Positions 39,985 through 53,500 of a stretch of DNA of 64,000 bases are shown one piece after another. The stretch is taken from positions 72,852,001 through 72,916,000 of the forward strand of contig OZ076409.1 in assembly GCA_964187785.1 (NCBI GenBank), written 5' to 3'. A model generated the notes under the pieces. It was not told the DNA's origin and searched no databases. It saw nothing but the letters and a program-made list of their open reading frames with translations. Positions within the stretch are counted from its first letter, which is position 1, and the number at the start of each line of letters is the position of its first letter. A program made the position numbers and the translations under genes. The stretch is from Amphiscolops sp. MND2022. Lineage: Eukaryota.

Positions 39985-40008
39985 GGATTCGGGTAGGGTC
40001 CTGAATCC
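39985..40008. repeat. Head hairpin displaying GGGTAGGGTCC (representative)
   Basis: GGATTC-GGGTAGGGTCCT-GAATCC; the AGGG lies 47 nt after the C of CTAG; an equivalent motif occurs at essentially every unit head. Confidence 0.85.
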
Positions 40009-41463
40009 GATCTTAGTACCGTCAGCTATCAGTAGAAAATTTCCCTCAAAAACCGGGATCTCGGGAACTAACCGTAGGATTTGAAAGTTGGAGCGGCCCC
40101 CAGCAGATTTTCCCAAATAGATCGCCCCCCACCGGGCTCCATACCCCGGAAAATTTTTTTTTGGCCACACGGGCGACTGTTAGGGGGTCATTTTAGGGGT
40201 AAAATTCATATTGGTCCATATAACTTTTTTTCTGTTGGTTTAAAAGTTTGGGAACCCTACTAAAGGTTTTTCGACCATGTTGCAAGGGCTCCGGAGGTGC
40301 AAACCAAATTTTTCTATCTTGAAGCTATCTCCAAGTACCCCCCCGCTCAAACCGTTATTTTTCCGGAAACGCAGGTTTTTGACCCGGAAGGAGTCGTCTG
40401 AGCGCGGGGTCGTTAGGTGATGTTTTGGGGACGGCCTTGAGACGAAGTGGGGGACATGTAGTTTGCCAACCTCAGTTTACCCCCCGGACGGGAAATGACC
40501 GTTATATCAGCGGGAAAAATGCCCCCCTCCACGTTTTACCGCTATTTCCGGTGTGAAGGAGTGGGAGTAGCTCGTCGGGTGCCATATATCAAAAGTAGGT
40601 TCAGACAAGGACCTATCGGAAACATGTGGTTTGGGACCCCCTGACCCAACCCGTTAGCGGGAAATGGGGCTTCCGCCTCCTTTTTTTACGGTTAAAAACG
40701 GAAAATGGGCATTGAGGGATAAATATCTCGTGAACGCGTGGAGCTACGGTGTCCTTCACTACTACAAGGTTTCATACCCATGATATGGTGCCTTCAGGGG
40801 GGCAAACAGATTTCCGCTATCTATCACCGTTACGGACTTGGCCCCCCAGCCTAACCGCTATGTGACCGGAAATGTCACTTTTTGAGCCCAAAGGGTCGGT
40901 CCCAGCCAGGGAACGTTAGATAACTTATTGTAGTACTCATTGAGACGAGTTGGGGGACATAGTTTCAGTCACCCCCGTTACCCCTTGGGACCGGAAATGA
41001 CCGTTATGTGGGTAAAATTGGGATTTTTGTACTTTTTGAAGGGCAATTAGGTGCGGAAGGAGTGGTAATAGTTGCTTGGACACTATATGATGGAAGGGAG
41101 GACGTGAGGCGAACATTCGGACATAACCGTTATGTTGACCCTAAAGTCCCCCTGGTACCGTAAACGACCGGAAAGGGTCAAATTTTGTGTCTATTGGGTA
41201 CAAATGTTTGGTATTTTGTAAATAAAAGTATCTATTAGGTGTTTCGACGGTCTGCAGTAGTGAACATAGTCATGAAACCTTGTCGGGGGGTAACGGTATA
41301 TAGCACCGGAAGTCCAAACCGTTAGAGACGGGATAGGTTTTTTCGTTTTAAAATGTCTTTCGGCGTACTTTTGTCAACCAATATGGAATATTTTTTAAAA
41401 TTAAAGTTTTTCCATATAGTTTCAGAGACTCCCAAACCTCAAACAACATAACCGTTACCTTAT

Positions 41464-41507
41464 GATAGCCTTTCAAGTTGGCCTGGTGTCAACTTGGAAG
41501 GGCTATC
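41464..41507. repeat. Class-B/C subterminal long hairpin (representative)
   Basis: GATAGCCTTTCAAGTTGGC-CTGGT-GTCAACTTGGAAGGGCTATC, 19-bp stem with G-T pairs and one bulge. Confidence 0.92.
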
Positions 41508-44500
41508 CTTCAAAAATCGTTGATCAAGTGTGTTTTTGGGTATGTTTGAATCATTTTAGAATCAATTAGAGCTTCAAGAAAAATTTGCCAACGACAAAAA
41601 CTATGTCGTGATGATTCCGTTATTAGAGTAATAGTTAACAAAATGTTGATAAAGTTGATTTTGTACATTTCAAATGTGTACTTTATGCCAGAAAACCTTT
41701 TTACCAAACTAATGATATTGATTGAATTGTATATAACAGGTAATAAAAGTTCAAATTGAATATTACGTTTCATTTTGTAAGCTGAAACGTGATATTATAG
41801 TTTAATTAACGTCAACGCCACATACTTTACATCAACGCCCACCGTCTGTGGGCATGCCGAGGCATGCCCTTCGACGACGTATACCAAACAACCTCCAGAT
41901 CTACACCCACCCGCGGTAGCAGCTAGGTGCGGGGGGGAAACCCCAACAAAATTTTTGGAGGATTCGGGTAGGGTCCTGAATCCGAGTTCAGTGCTGCCAG
42001 CTTTCGTTAAGAAAATTTGGATAGGATTCGGGATCTCGTGATCTAACCATAGGATTTTAAAGTTGGAGCGGCCCCCACCAGATTTTCCGAAAATTAGCGC
42101 CCCCCACCGGGTTCCATACCCCGGAAAATTTTTTTCTGGCCACACGGGCGACCGTTAGGGGGTCATTTTAGGGGTAAAATTCATATTGGGCCACATAACT
42201 TTTTTTCTGTTGATTTAAAACTTTGGGACCCTGCTAAAAGTTTCTTGACCGTGTTGCAGGGGCCCCGGAGGTCCAAACCAAATTTTTCTATCTTGAAGCT
42301 ATCTCCAAGTACCCCCCCGCCCAAAACGTTATTTTTCCGGAAACGCAGGTTTTTGACCCGGAAGGAGTCGTCGGAGCGCGGGGTCGTTAGGTGATGTATT
42401 GGGGACGGCCTTGAGACGAAGTGGGGGACATGCAGTTTGCCAACCCCAGTTTACCCCCCGGACGGGAAATGACCGTTATATGAGCGGGAAAAATGCCCCC
42501 CTCCACGTTTTACCGCTATTTCCGGTGTGAAGGAGTGGGAGTAGCGCGTCGGGTGCCATATATCAAAAGTAGGTTTAGACAAGGATCTATCGGAAACATG
42601 TGGTTTGGGACCCCCTGGACCAACCCGTTAGCAGAAAATGGGGCTTCCGGCCCGTTTTTTACGGTTAAAAACGGAAAATGGGCATTGAGGGGTAAATATC
42701 TCGTGAACGCGTGGAGCTACGGTGTCCTTCACTACTACAAGGTTTCATACCCATGATATGGTGCCTTCAGGGGGGCAAACAGATTTCCGCTATCTATCGC
42801 CGTTACCGACTTGGCCCCCCAGCCTAACCGCTATGTGACCGGAAATGTCACTTTTTGAGCCCAAAGGGTCGGTCCCAGCCGGGGAATGTTAGGTAACTTA
42901 TTGTAGTGCTAATTGAGACGAGTTGGGGGATATAGTTTCAGTCACCCCCCGTTACCCCTTAGGACCGGAAATGACCGTTATGTGGGTAAATTTGCTTTTT
43001 TTGTACTTTTTGGAGGGCATTTAGATGCGGAAGGAGCGGTAATAGGTGCTTGGACACTATATGATGATAGGGAGGACGTGAGGCGAGCTTACGGAATTAA
43101 CCGTTATGTTGACCCTAAAGTCCCCCTGGTACCGGAAGTGACCCGTAATGGTCAAATTTTGTGTTTAAAGGGTACAAATGTTTGGTGTTTTATGGATAAC
43201 AGTGCCTATTAGGTGTTTCGACGGTCTGCATTCGTGAACATAGTCATGAAACCTTGTGGGGGGGTAACGGTATATAGCACCGGAAGTCCAAACCGTTGGA
43301 GACAGGATAAGTTTTTTGGTTTTAAAAAGTCTTTCGGCCTTCTTTTGTCGACTATTATGGACTATTTTTGGAAAATAAAGTTTTTCCATATAGTTTCAGA
43401 GACTCCGAAACCTCAACCAACATAACCGTTACCTTATGATAGCCTTTCAAGTTGGCCTGGTGTCAACTTGGAAGGGCTATCCTTCAAAAATCATTAATCA
43501 AGTGTGTTTTTGAGTATGTTTGTATTACTTTAGAATCAATTAGAGATTCAAGAAAAGGTTGCCAACGACAAAAACTATGTCGTGATGATTCCGTTATTGG
43601 AATAATAGTTAATAAAATATTGATAAAGTTGATTTTTTACATTTTAAATGTGTTCTAAATGCCAGAAAACTTCTTTACCAAACAAATGGAATTGATTGAA
43701 TTGTATATAACAGCTAATAAAAGTTCAAATCGAATATTACGTTTCATTATGGAAGCTGAAACGTCAAATTATAGTTTAATTAACGTCAACGCCACATACT
43801 TTACATCAACGCCCACCGTCCGTAGGCATGCCGAGGCATGCCTTTCGACGACGTATACCAAATTCCACCCACACAACACCCCCGAGCGCGGTAGCAGCTA
43901 GGTGCGGGGGGGAAACCCCAACAAAATTTTTGGAGGATTCGGGTAGGGTCCTGAATCCGAGTTCAGTGCTGCCAGCTTTCGTTAAGAAAATTTGGATAGG
44001 ATTCGGGATCTCGTGATCTAACCATAGGATTTTAAAGTTGGAGCGGCCCCCACCAGATTTTCCAAAAATTAGCGCCCCCCACCGGGTTCCATACCCCGGA
44101 AAATTTTTTTCTGGCCACACGGGCGACCGTTAGGGGGTCATTTTAGGGGTAAAATTCATATAGGGCCACATAACTTTTTTTCTGTTGATTTAAAACTTTG
44201 GGACCCTGCTAAAAGTTTCTTGACCGTGTTGCAAGGGCTCCGGAGGTCCAAACCAAATTTTTCTAGCTTGAAGCTATCTCCAAGTACCCCCCCGCCCAAA
44301 ACGTTATTTTTCCGGAAACGCAGGTTTTTGACCCGGAAGGAGTCGTCTGAGCGCGGGGTCGTTAGGTGATGTTTTGGGGACGGCCTTGAGACGAAGTGGG
44401 GGACATGTAGTTTGCCAACCCCAGTTTACCCCCCGGACGGGAAATGACCGTTATATGAGCGGGAAAATTGCCCCCCTCCACGTTTTACCGCTATTTCCGG

Positions 44501-47500
44501 TGTGAAGGAGTGGGAGTAGCGCGTCGGGTGCCATATATCAAAAGTAGGTTTAAACAAGGATCTATCGGAAACATGTGGTTTGGGACCCCCTGGACCAACC
44601 CGTTAGCGGGAAATGGGACTTCCGCCTCCTTTTTTTACGGTTAAAAACGGAAAATGGGCATTGAGGGGTAAATATCTCGTGAACGCGTGGAGCTACGGTG
44701 TCCTTCACTACTACAAGGTTTCATGCCCATCATATGGTGCCTTCAGGGGGGCAAACAGATTTCCGCTATCTATCACCGTTACGGACTTGGCCCCCCAGCC
44801 TAACCGTTAAGTGACCGGAAATGTCATATTTTGAGCCCAAAGGGTCGGTCTCAGCCAGGGAACGTTAGGTAACTTATTGTAGTACTCATTGAGACGAGTT
44901 GGGGGACATAGTTTCAGTCACCCCCCGTTACCCCTTAGGACCGGAAATGACCGTTATGTGAGTAAAATTGCCATTTTTGTCCTATTTGAAGGCCATTTAG
45001 ATGAGGAAGGAGTGGTAATAGGTGCTTGGACACTATATGAGGTAAGGGAGGACGTGAGGCGAGCATTCGGACATAACCGTTATTTTGACCCTAAAGTCCC
45101 CCTGGTACCGTAAACGACCGGAAATGGTCAAATTTTGTGTCTATTGGGTACAAATGTTTAGTATTTTGTAGATAAAAGTATCTATTAGGTGTTTCGACGG
45201 TCTGCAATAGTGAACATAGTCATGAAACCTTGTGGGGGGTAACGGGGTATATAGCACCGGAAGTCCAAACCGTTGGACACAGGATAGGTTTTTGGTTTTA
45301 AATTGTCTTTCGGCGTACTTTTGTCGACTATTATGGACTATTTTTTGAAAATTAAAGTTTTTCTATATAGTTTCAGAGACTCCGAAACCTCAACCAACAT
45401 AACCGTTACCTTATGATAGCCTTTCAAGTTGGCCTGCTGGCAACTTGGAAGGGCTATCCTTCAAAAATCGTTAATCAAGAGTGTTTTTGGGTAGGTATAT
45501 ATTCAATTAGTACCAATTAGAGCTTCATCAACAGTGTATCAACGACAAAAACTAAGCCGTCATGATTCCGTTGTTAGAATAGTAGTGAGCTAATTGTTGA
45601 CAAAAATATTTTTTTTATACAAAATGTGTCCTAAATGCCAGGAAACCTATTTACCTAACAAATGGTATTGATTGGAATGTATGTAACCTATTTATAAAAG
45701 TTCAAATTGATTATTACGTTTCATTATGGAAGCTGAAACGTCATATTTCAGTTTAATTAACGTCAACGCCACATACTTTACATCAACGCCCACCGTCTGT
45801 GGGCATGCCGAGGCATGCCCTTCGACGACGTATACCAAATACATACCCAACGACGCCCGTACATCCCGGGCTAGGTGCGGGGGGGAAACCCCAACAAAAT
45901 TTTTGGAGGATTCGGGTAGGGTCCTGAATCCGAGTTCAGTGCTGCCAGCTTTCGTTAAGAAAATTTGGATAGGATTCGGGATCTCGTGATCTAACCATAG
46001 GATTTTAAAGTTGGAGCGGCCCCCACCAGATTATCCGAAAATTAGCGCCCCCCACCGGGTTCCATACCCCGGAAAATTTTTTTCTGGCCACACGGGCGAC
46101 CGTTAGGGGGTCATTTTAGGGGTAAAATTCGTATTGGGCCACATAACTTTTTTTCTGTTGATTTAAAACTTTGGGACCCTGCTAAAAGTTTCTTGACCAT
46201 GTTGCAGGGGCCCCGGAGGTCCAAACCAAATTTTTCTAGCTTGAAGCTATCTCCAAGTACCCCCCCGCCCAAAACGTTATTTTTCCGGAAACGCAGGTTT
46301 TTGACCCGGAAGGAGTCGTCGGAGCGCGGGGTCGTTAGGTGATGTATTGGGGACGGCCTTGAGACGAAGTGGGGGACATGCAGTTTGCCAACCCCAGTTT
46401 ACCCCCCGGACGGGAAATGACCGTTATATGAGCGGGAAAAATGCCCCCCTCCACGTTTTACCGCTATTTCCGGTGTGAAGGAGTGGGAGTAGCGCGTCGG
46501 GTGCCATATATCAAAAGTAGGTTTAAACAAGGACCTATCGGAAACATGTGGTTTGGGACCCCCTGGACCAACCCGTTAGCGGGAAATGGCGCTTCCGCCT
46601 CCTTTTTTTACTGCTAAAACCGTAAAATGGGCATTGAGGGGTAAATATCTCGTGAACGCGTGGAGCAATCGTGTCCTTCACTACTACAAGGTTTCATGCC
46701 CATCATATGGTGCCTTCAGGGGGGCAAACAGATTTCCGCTATCTATCACCGTTACCGACTTGGCCCCCCAGCCTAACCGCTATGTGACCGGAAATGTCAC
46801 TTTTTAAGCCCAAAGGGTCGGTCCCAGCCGGGGAACGTTAGGTAACTTATTGTAGTACTCATTGAGACGAGTTGGGGGACATAGTTTCAGTCACCCCCCG
46901 TTACCCCTTAGGACCGGAAATGACCGTTATGTGAGTAAAATTGCCGTTTTTGTCCTATTTGAAGGGCATTTATATGCGGAAGGAGTGGTAATAGGTGCTT
47001 GGACACTATATGAGGTAAGGGAGGACGTGAGGCGAGCATTCAGACATAACCGTTATGTTGACCCCAAAGTCCCCCTGGTACCGTAAACGACCGGAAATTG
47101 TCAAATTTTGTGTCTATTGGGTACAAATGTTTGGTATTTTGTAAATAAAAGTATCTATTAGGTGTTTCGACGGTCTGCAGTAGTGAACATAGTCATGAAA
47201 CCTTGTCGGGGGTAACGGTATATAGCACCGGAAGTCCAAACCGTTAGAGATGGGATAGGTTTTTTCGTTTTAAAATGTCTTTCGGCGTACTTTTGTCAAC
47301 TAATATGGAATATTTTTTAAAATTAAAGTTTTTCCATATAGTTTCAGAGACTCCCAAACCTCAACCAACATAACCGTTACCTTATGATAGCCTTTCAAGT
47401 TGGCCTGGTGTCAACTTGGAAGGGCTATCCTTCAAAAATCGTTGATCAAGTGTGTTTTTGGGTATGTTTGAATCATTTTAGAATCAATTAGAGCTTCAAG

Positions 47501-50500
47501 AAAAGTTTGCCAACGACAAAAACTATGTCGTGATGATTCCGTTATTAGAGTAATAGTTAACAAAATGTTGATAAAGTTGATTTTTTACATTTCAAATGTG
47601 TCCTAAAAGCCAGAAAACCTCTTTACCAAACAAATGGTATTGATTGGATTGTATATAACAGGTAATAAAAGTTCAAATTGATTATTACGTTTTATTATGT
47701 AAGCTGAAACGTCATAATATAGTTTAATGAACGTCAACGCCACATACTTTACACCAACGCCCACCGTCTGTGGGCATGCCGAGGCATGCCCTTCGACGAC
47801 GTATACCAAATACATTTCATATCTACACCCACCCGCGGTAGCAGCTAGGTGCGGGGGGGTAACCCCTACAAAGATATTGGAGGATTCGGGTAGGGTCCTG
47901 AATCCGATCTTAGTACCGTCAGCTATCAGTAGAAAATTTCCCTCAAAAACCGGGATCTCGGGAACTAACCGTAGGATTTGAAAGTTGGAGCGGCCCCCAC
48001 CAGATTTTCCCAAATAGATCGCCCCCCACCGGGCTCCATACCCCGGAAAAATTTTTTTTGGCCACACGGGCGACTGTTAGGGGGTCATTTTAGGGGTAAA
48101 ATTCATATTGGTCCATATAACTTTTTTTCTGTTGGTTTAAAAGTTTGGGAACCCTACTAAAGGTTTTTCGACCATGTTGCAAGGGCTCCGGAGGTGCAAA
48201 CCAAATTTTTCTATCTTGAAGCTATCTCCAAGTACCCCCCCGCTCAAACCGTTATTTTTCCGGAAACGCAGGTTTTTGACCCGGAAGGAGTCGTCTGAGC
48301 GCGGGGTCGTTAGGTGATGTTTTGGGGACGGCCTTGAGACGAAGTGGGGGACATGTAGTTTGCCAACCTCAGTTTACCCCCGGACGGGAAATGACCGTTA
48401 TATCAGCGGGAAAAATGCCCCCCTCCACGTTTTACCGCTATTTCCGGTGTGAAGGAGTGGGAGTAGCTCGTCGGGTGCCATATATCAAAAGTAGGTTCAG
48501 ACAAGGACCTATCGGAAACATGTGGTTTGGGACCCCCTGACCCAACCCGTTAGCGGGAAATGGGGCTTCCGCCTCCTTTTTTTACGGTTAAAAACGGAAA
48601 ATGGGCATTGAGGGATAAATATCTCGTGAACGCGTGGAGCTACGGTGTCCTTCACTACTACAAGGTTTCATACCCATGATATGGTGCCTTCAGGGGGGCA
48701 AACAGATTTCCGCTATCTATCACCGTTACGGACTTGGCCCCCCAGCCTAACCGCTATGTGACCGGAAATGTCACTTTTTGAGCCCAAAGGGTCGGTCCCA
48801 GCCAGGGAACGTTAGATAACTTATTGTAGTACTCATTGAGACGAGTTGGGGGACATAGTTTCAGTCACCCCCGTTACCCCTTGGGACCGGAAATGACCGT
48901 TATGTGGGTAAAATTGGGATTTTTGTACTTTTTGAAGGGCAATTAGGTGCGGAAGGAGTGGTAATAGTTGCTTGGACACTATATGATGGAAGGGAGGACG
49001 TGAGGCGAACATTCGGACATAACCGTTATGTTGACCCTAAAGTCCCCCTGGTACCGTAAACGACCGGAAATGGTCAAATTTTGTGTCTATTGGGTACAAA
49101 TGTTTGGTATTTTGTAAATAAAAGTATCTATTAGGTGTTTCGACGGTCTGCAGTAGTGAACATAGTCATGAAACCTTGTCGGGGGGTAACGGTATATAGC
49201 ACCGGAAGTCCAAACCGTTAGAGACGGGATAGGTTTTTTCGTTTTAAAATGTCTTTCGGCGTACTTTTGTCAACTAATATGGAATATTTTTTAAAATTAA
49301 AGTTTTGCCATATAGTTTCAGAGACTCCCAAACCTCAAACAACATAACCGTTACCTTATGATAGCCTTTCAAGTTGGCCTGGTGTCAACTTGGAAGGGCT
49401 ATCCTTCAAAAATCGTTGATCAAGTGTGTTTTTGGGTATGTTTGAATCATTTTAGAATCAATTAGAGCTTCAAGAAAAATTTGCCAACGACAAAAACTAT
49501 GTCGTGATGATTCCGTTATTAGAGTAATAGTTAACAAAATGTTGATAAAGTTGATTTTGTACATTTCAAATGTGTCCTTTATGCCAGAAAACCTTTTTAC
49601 CAAACTAATGATATTGATTGAATTGTATATAACAGGTAATAAAAGTTCAAATTGAATATTACGTTTCATTTTGTAAGCTGAAACGTGATATTATAGTTTA
49701 ATTAACGTCAACGCCACATACTTTACATCAACGCCCACCGTCTGTGGGCATGCCGAGGCATGCCCTTCGACGACGTATACCAAACACCCTCCATATCTAC
49801 ACCCACCCGCGGTAGCAGCTAGGTGCGGGGGGGAAACCCCAACAAAATTTTTGGAGGATTCGGGTAGGGTCCTGAATCCGAGTTCAGTGCTGCCAGCTTT
49901 CGTTAAGAAAATTTGGATAGGATTCGGGATCTCGTGATCTAACCATAGGATTTTAAAGTTGGAGCGGCCCCCACCAGATTTTCCGAAAATTAGCGCCCCC
50001 CACCGGGTTCCATACCCCGGAAAATTTTTTTCTGGCCACACGGGCGACCGTTAGGGGGTCATTTTAGGGGTAAAATTCATATTGGGCCACATAACTTTTT
50101 TTCTGTTGATTTAAAACTTTGGGACCCTGCTAAAAGTTTCTTGACCGTGTTGCAGGGGCCCCGGAGGTCCAAACCAAATTTTTCTAGCTTGAAGCTATCT
50201 CCAAGTACCCCCCCGCCCAAAACGTTATTTTTCCGGAAACGCAGGTTTTTGACCCGGAAGGAGTCGTCGGAGCGCGGGGTCGTTAGGTGATGTATTGGGG
50301 ACGGCCTTGAGATGAAGTGGGGGACATGTAGTTTGCCGACCTCGGTTTACCCCTCGGACAGGAAATGACCGTTATATGAGCGGGAAAAATGCCCCCCTCC
50401 ACGTTTTACCGCTATTTCCGGTGTGAAGGAGTGGGAGTAGCGCGTCGGGTGCCTTATATCAAAAGTAGGTTTAGACAAGGACCTATCGGAAACATGTGGT

Positions 50501-53500
50501 TTGGGACCCCCTGGCCCAACCCGTTAGCAGAAAATGGGGCTTCCGGCCCGTTTTTTTACGGTTAAAAACGAAAAATGGGCATTGAGGGGTAAATATCTCG
50601 TGAACGCGTGGAGCTACGGTGTCCTTCACTACTACAAGGTTTCATACCCATGATATGGTGCCTTCAGGGGGGCAAACAGATTTCCGCTATCTATCACCGT
50701 TACGGACTTGGCCCCCCAGCCTAACCGTTAAGTGACCGGAAATGTCATATTTTGAGCCCAAAGGGTCGGTCTCAGCCAGGGAACGTTAGGTAACTTATTG
50801 TAGTACTCATTGAGACGAGTTGGGGGACATAGTTTCAGTCACCCCCCGTTACCCCTTAGGACCGGAAATGACCGTTATGTGAGTAAAATTGCCATTTTTG
50901 TACTTTTTGAAGGGCATTTAGGTGCGTAAGGAGTGGTAATAGGTGCTTGGACACTATATGAGGTAAGGGAGGACGTGTGGCGAGCATTCAGACATAACCG
51001 TTATGTTGACCCTAAAGTCCCCCTGGTACCGTAAACGACCGGAAATGGTCAAATTTTGTGTCTATTGGGTACAAATGTTTGGTATTTTATGGAATAAAGT
51101 ACATGGAAGGTGTTTCAAAGGCATCCAGAAATGAACATAGTCATGAAACCTTGAGGGGGGTAACGGTATATAACACCGGAAGTCCAAGCCGTTGGACACA
51201 GTATAGGTTTTTGGGTTTTAAAATGCTTATGAACGTACATTTGTGGGTTGAATTGTTCTAATATTGACTATTTTCGATATTTTTTGACATTAAAGGTTTT
51301 TCCAATAGTTTCAGGGACCTCCAAAGCTTCAATCAACATAACCTTTACATTATGATAGCCTTTCAAGTTGGCCTGGTGTCAACTTGGAAGGGCTATCCTT
51401 CACAAATCGTATATCAAGTGTGTTTTTGAGTAGGTTTTTATCACTTTAGTATCAATTAGAGCTTAATCATTAGTTTGCCAACGACAAAAACCATGTCGTG
51501 ATGATTCCGTTAGTAGAAGAATAGTTAACAACTTGTTGACAAAGTTGATTTTTTGCATTTAAAATGTTTCCTAAATGCCAGGAAAACGATTTACGTTATA
51601 AATGGTACTGATTGACCCAAATAACAGTTAAAAAAAGTTAAACATTATTTTTTCGTTTCATTATAGAAGCTGAAACCTCACGTTTTAACTTAATTAACGT
51701 CAACGCCACATACTTTACATCAACGCCCACCGTCTGTGGGCATGCCGAGGCATGCCCTTCGACGACGTATACCAAAATCCAATATATCTACACCCGATTG
51801 CGGTAGCAGCTAGGTGCGGGGGGGAAACCCCAACAAAATTTTTGGAGGATTCGGGTAGGGTCCTGAATCCGAGTTCAGTGCTGCCAGCTTTCGTTAAGAA
51901 AATTTGGATAGGATTCGGGATCTCGTGATCTAACCATAGGATTTTAAATTTGGAGCGGCCCCCACCAGATTTTCCGAAAATTAGCGCCCCCCACCGGGTT
52001 CCATACCCCGGAAAATTTTTTTCTGGCCACACGGGCGACCGTTAGGGGGTCATTTTAGGGGTAAAATTCATATTGGGCCACATAACTTTTTTTCTGTTGA
52101 TTTAAAACTTTGGGACCCTGCTAAAAGTTTCTTGACCGTGTTGCAAGGGCTCCGGAGGTCCAAACCAAATTTTTCTATCTTGAAGCTATCTCCAAGTACC
52201 CCCCCGCCCAAAACGTTATTTTTCCGGAAACGCAGGTTTTAGACCCGGAAGGAGTCGTCTGAGCGCGGGGTCGTTAGGTGATGTTTTGGGGACGGCCTTG
52301 AGACGAAGTGGGGGACATGTAGTTTGCCGACCTCGGTTTACCCCTCGGACAGGAAATGACCGTTATTTGAGCGGGAAAATTGCCCCCCTCCACGTTTTAC
52401 CGCTATTTCCGGTGTGAAGGAGTAGGAGTAGCGCGTCGTGTGTTATATATCAAAAGTAGGTTTAGACAAGGATCTATCGGAAACATGTGGTTTGGGACCC
52501 CCTGGACCAACCCGTTAGCAGGAAATGGGGCTTCCGGCCCGTTTTTTTACGGTTAAAAACGGAAAATGGGCATTGAGGGGTAAATATCTCGTGAACGCGT
52601 GGAGCTACGGTGTCCTTCACTACTTCAAGGTTTCATACCCATGATATGGTGCCTTCAGGGGGGCAAACAGATTTCCGCTATCTATCACCGTTACCGACTT
52701 GGCCCCCCAGCCTAACCGCTATGTGACCGGAAATGTCACTTTTTGAGCCCAAAGGGTCGGTCCCAGCCGGGGAACGTTAGGTAACTTATTGTAGTACTCA
52801 ATGAGACGAGTTGGGGGACATAGTTTCAGTCACCCCCCGTTACCCCTTGGGACCGGAAATGACCGTTATGTGGGTAAAATTGCAATTTTTATACTTTTTC
52901 AAGTGTATTTAGGTGCGGAAGGAGTGGTAATAGGTGCTTGGACACTATATGAGGTAAGGGAGGACGTGAGGCGAGCATTCGGAAATAACCGTTATGTTGA
53001 CCCTAAAGTCCCCCTGGTACCGTAAACGACCGGAAATGGTCAAATTTTGTGTCTATTGGGTACAAATGTTTGGTATTTTGTAAATAAAAGTATCTATTAG
53101 GTGTTTCGACGGTTTGCAGTAGTGAACATAGTCATGAAACCTTGTGGGGGGTAACAGTATATAGCACCGGAAATCCGAACCGTTGGAGACAGGATAGGTT
53201 TTTTGGTTTTAAAATGTCTTTCGGCGTACTTTTGTCGACTATTATGGACTATTTTTAAAAATTATAGTTTTTCCATATAGTTTCAGAGACTCCGAAACCT
53301 CAACCAACATAACCGTTACCTTATGATAGCCTTCCAAGTTGGCCTGGTGTCAACTTGGAAGGGCTATCCTTCAAAAATCGTTAATCAAGTGTGTTTTTGG
53401 GTATGTTTTTATCATTTTAGAATCAAATAAAGCTCCAAGAAAAGTTTGCCAACGACAAAAACTATGTCGTGATGATTCCGTTATTAGAATGATGGTTAAC

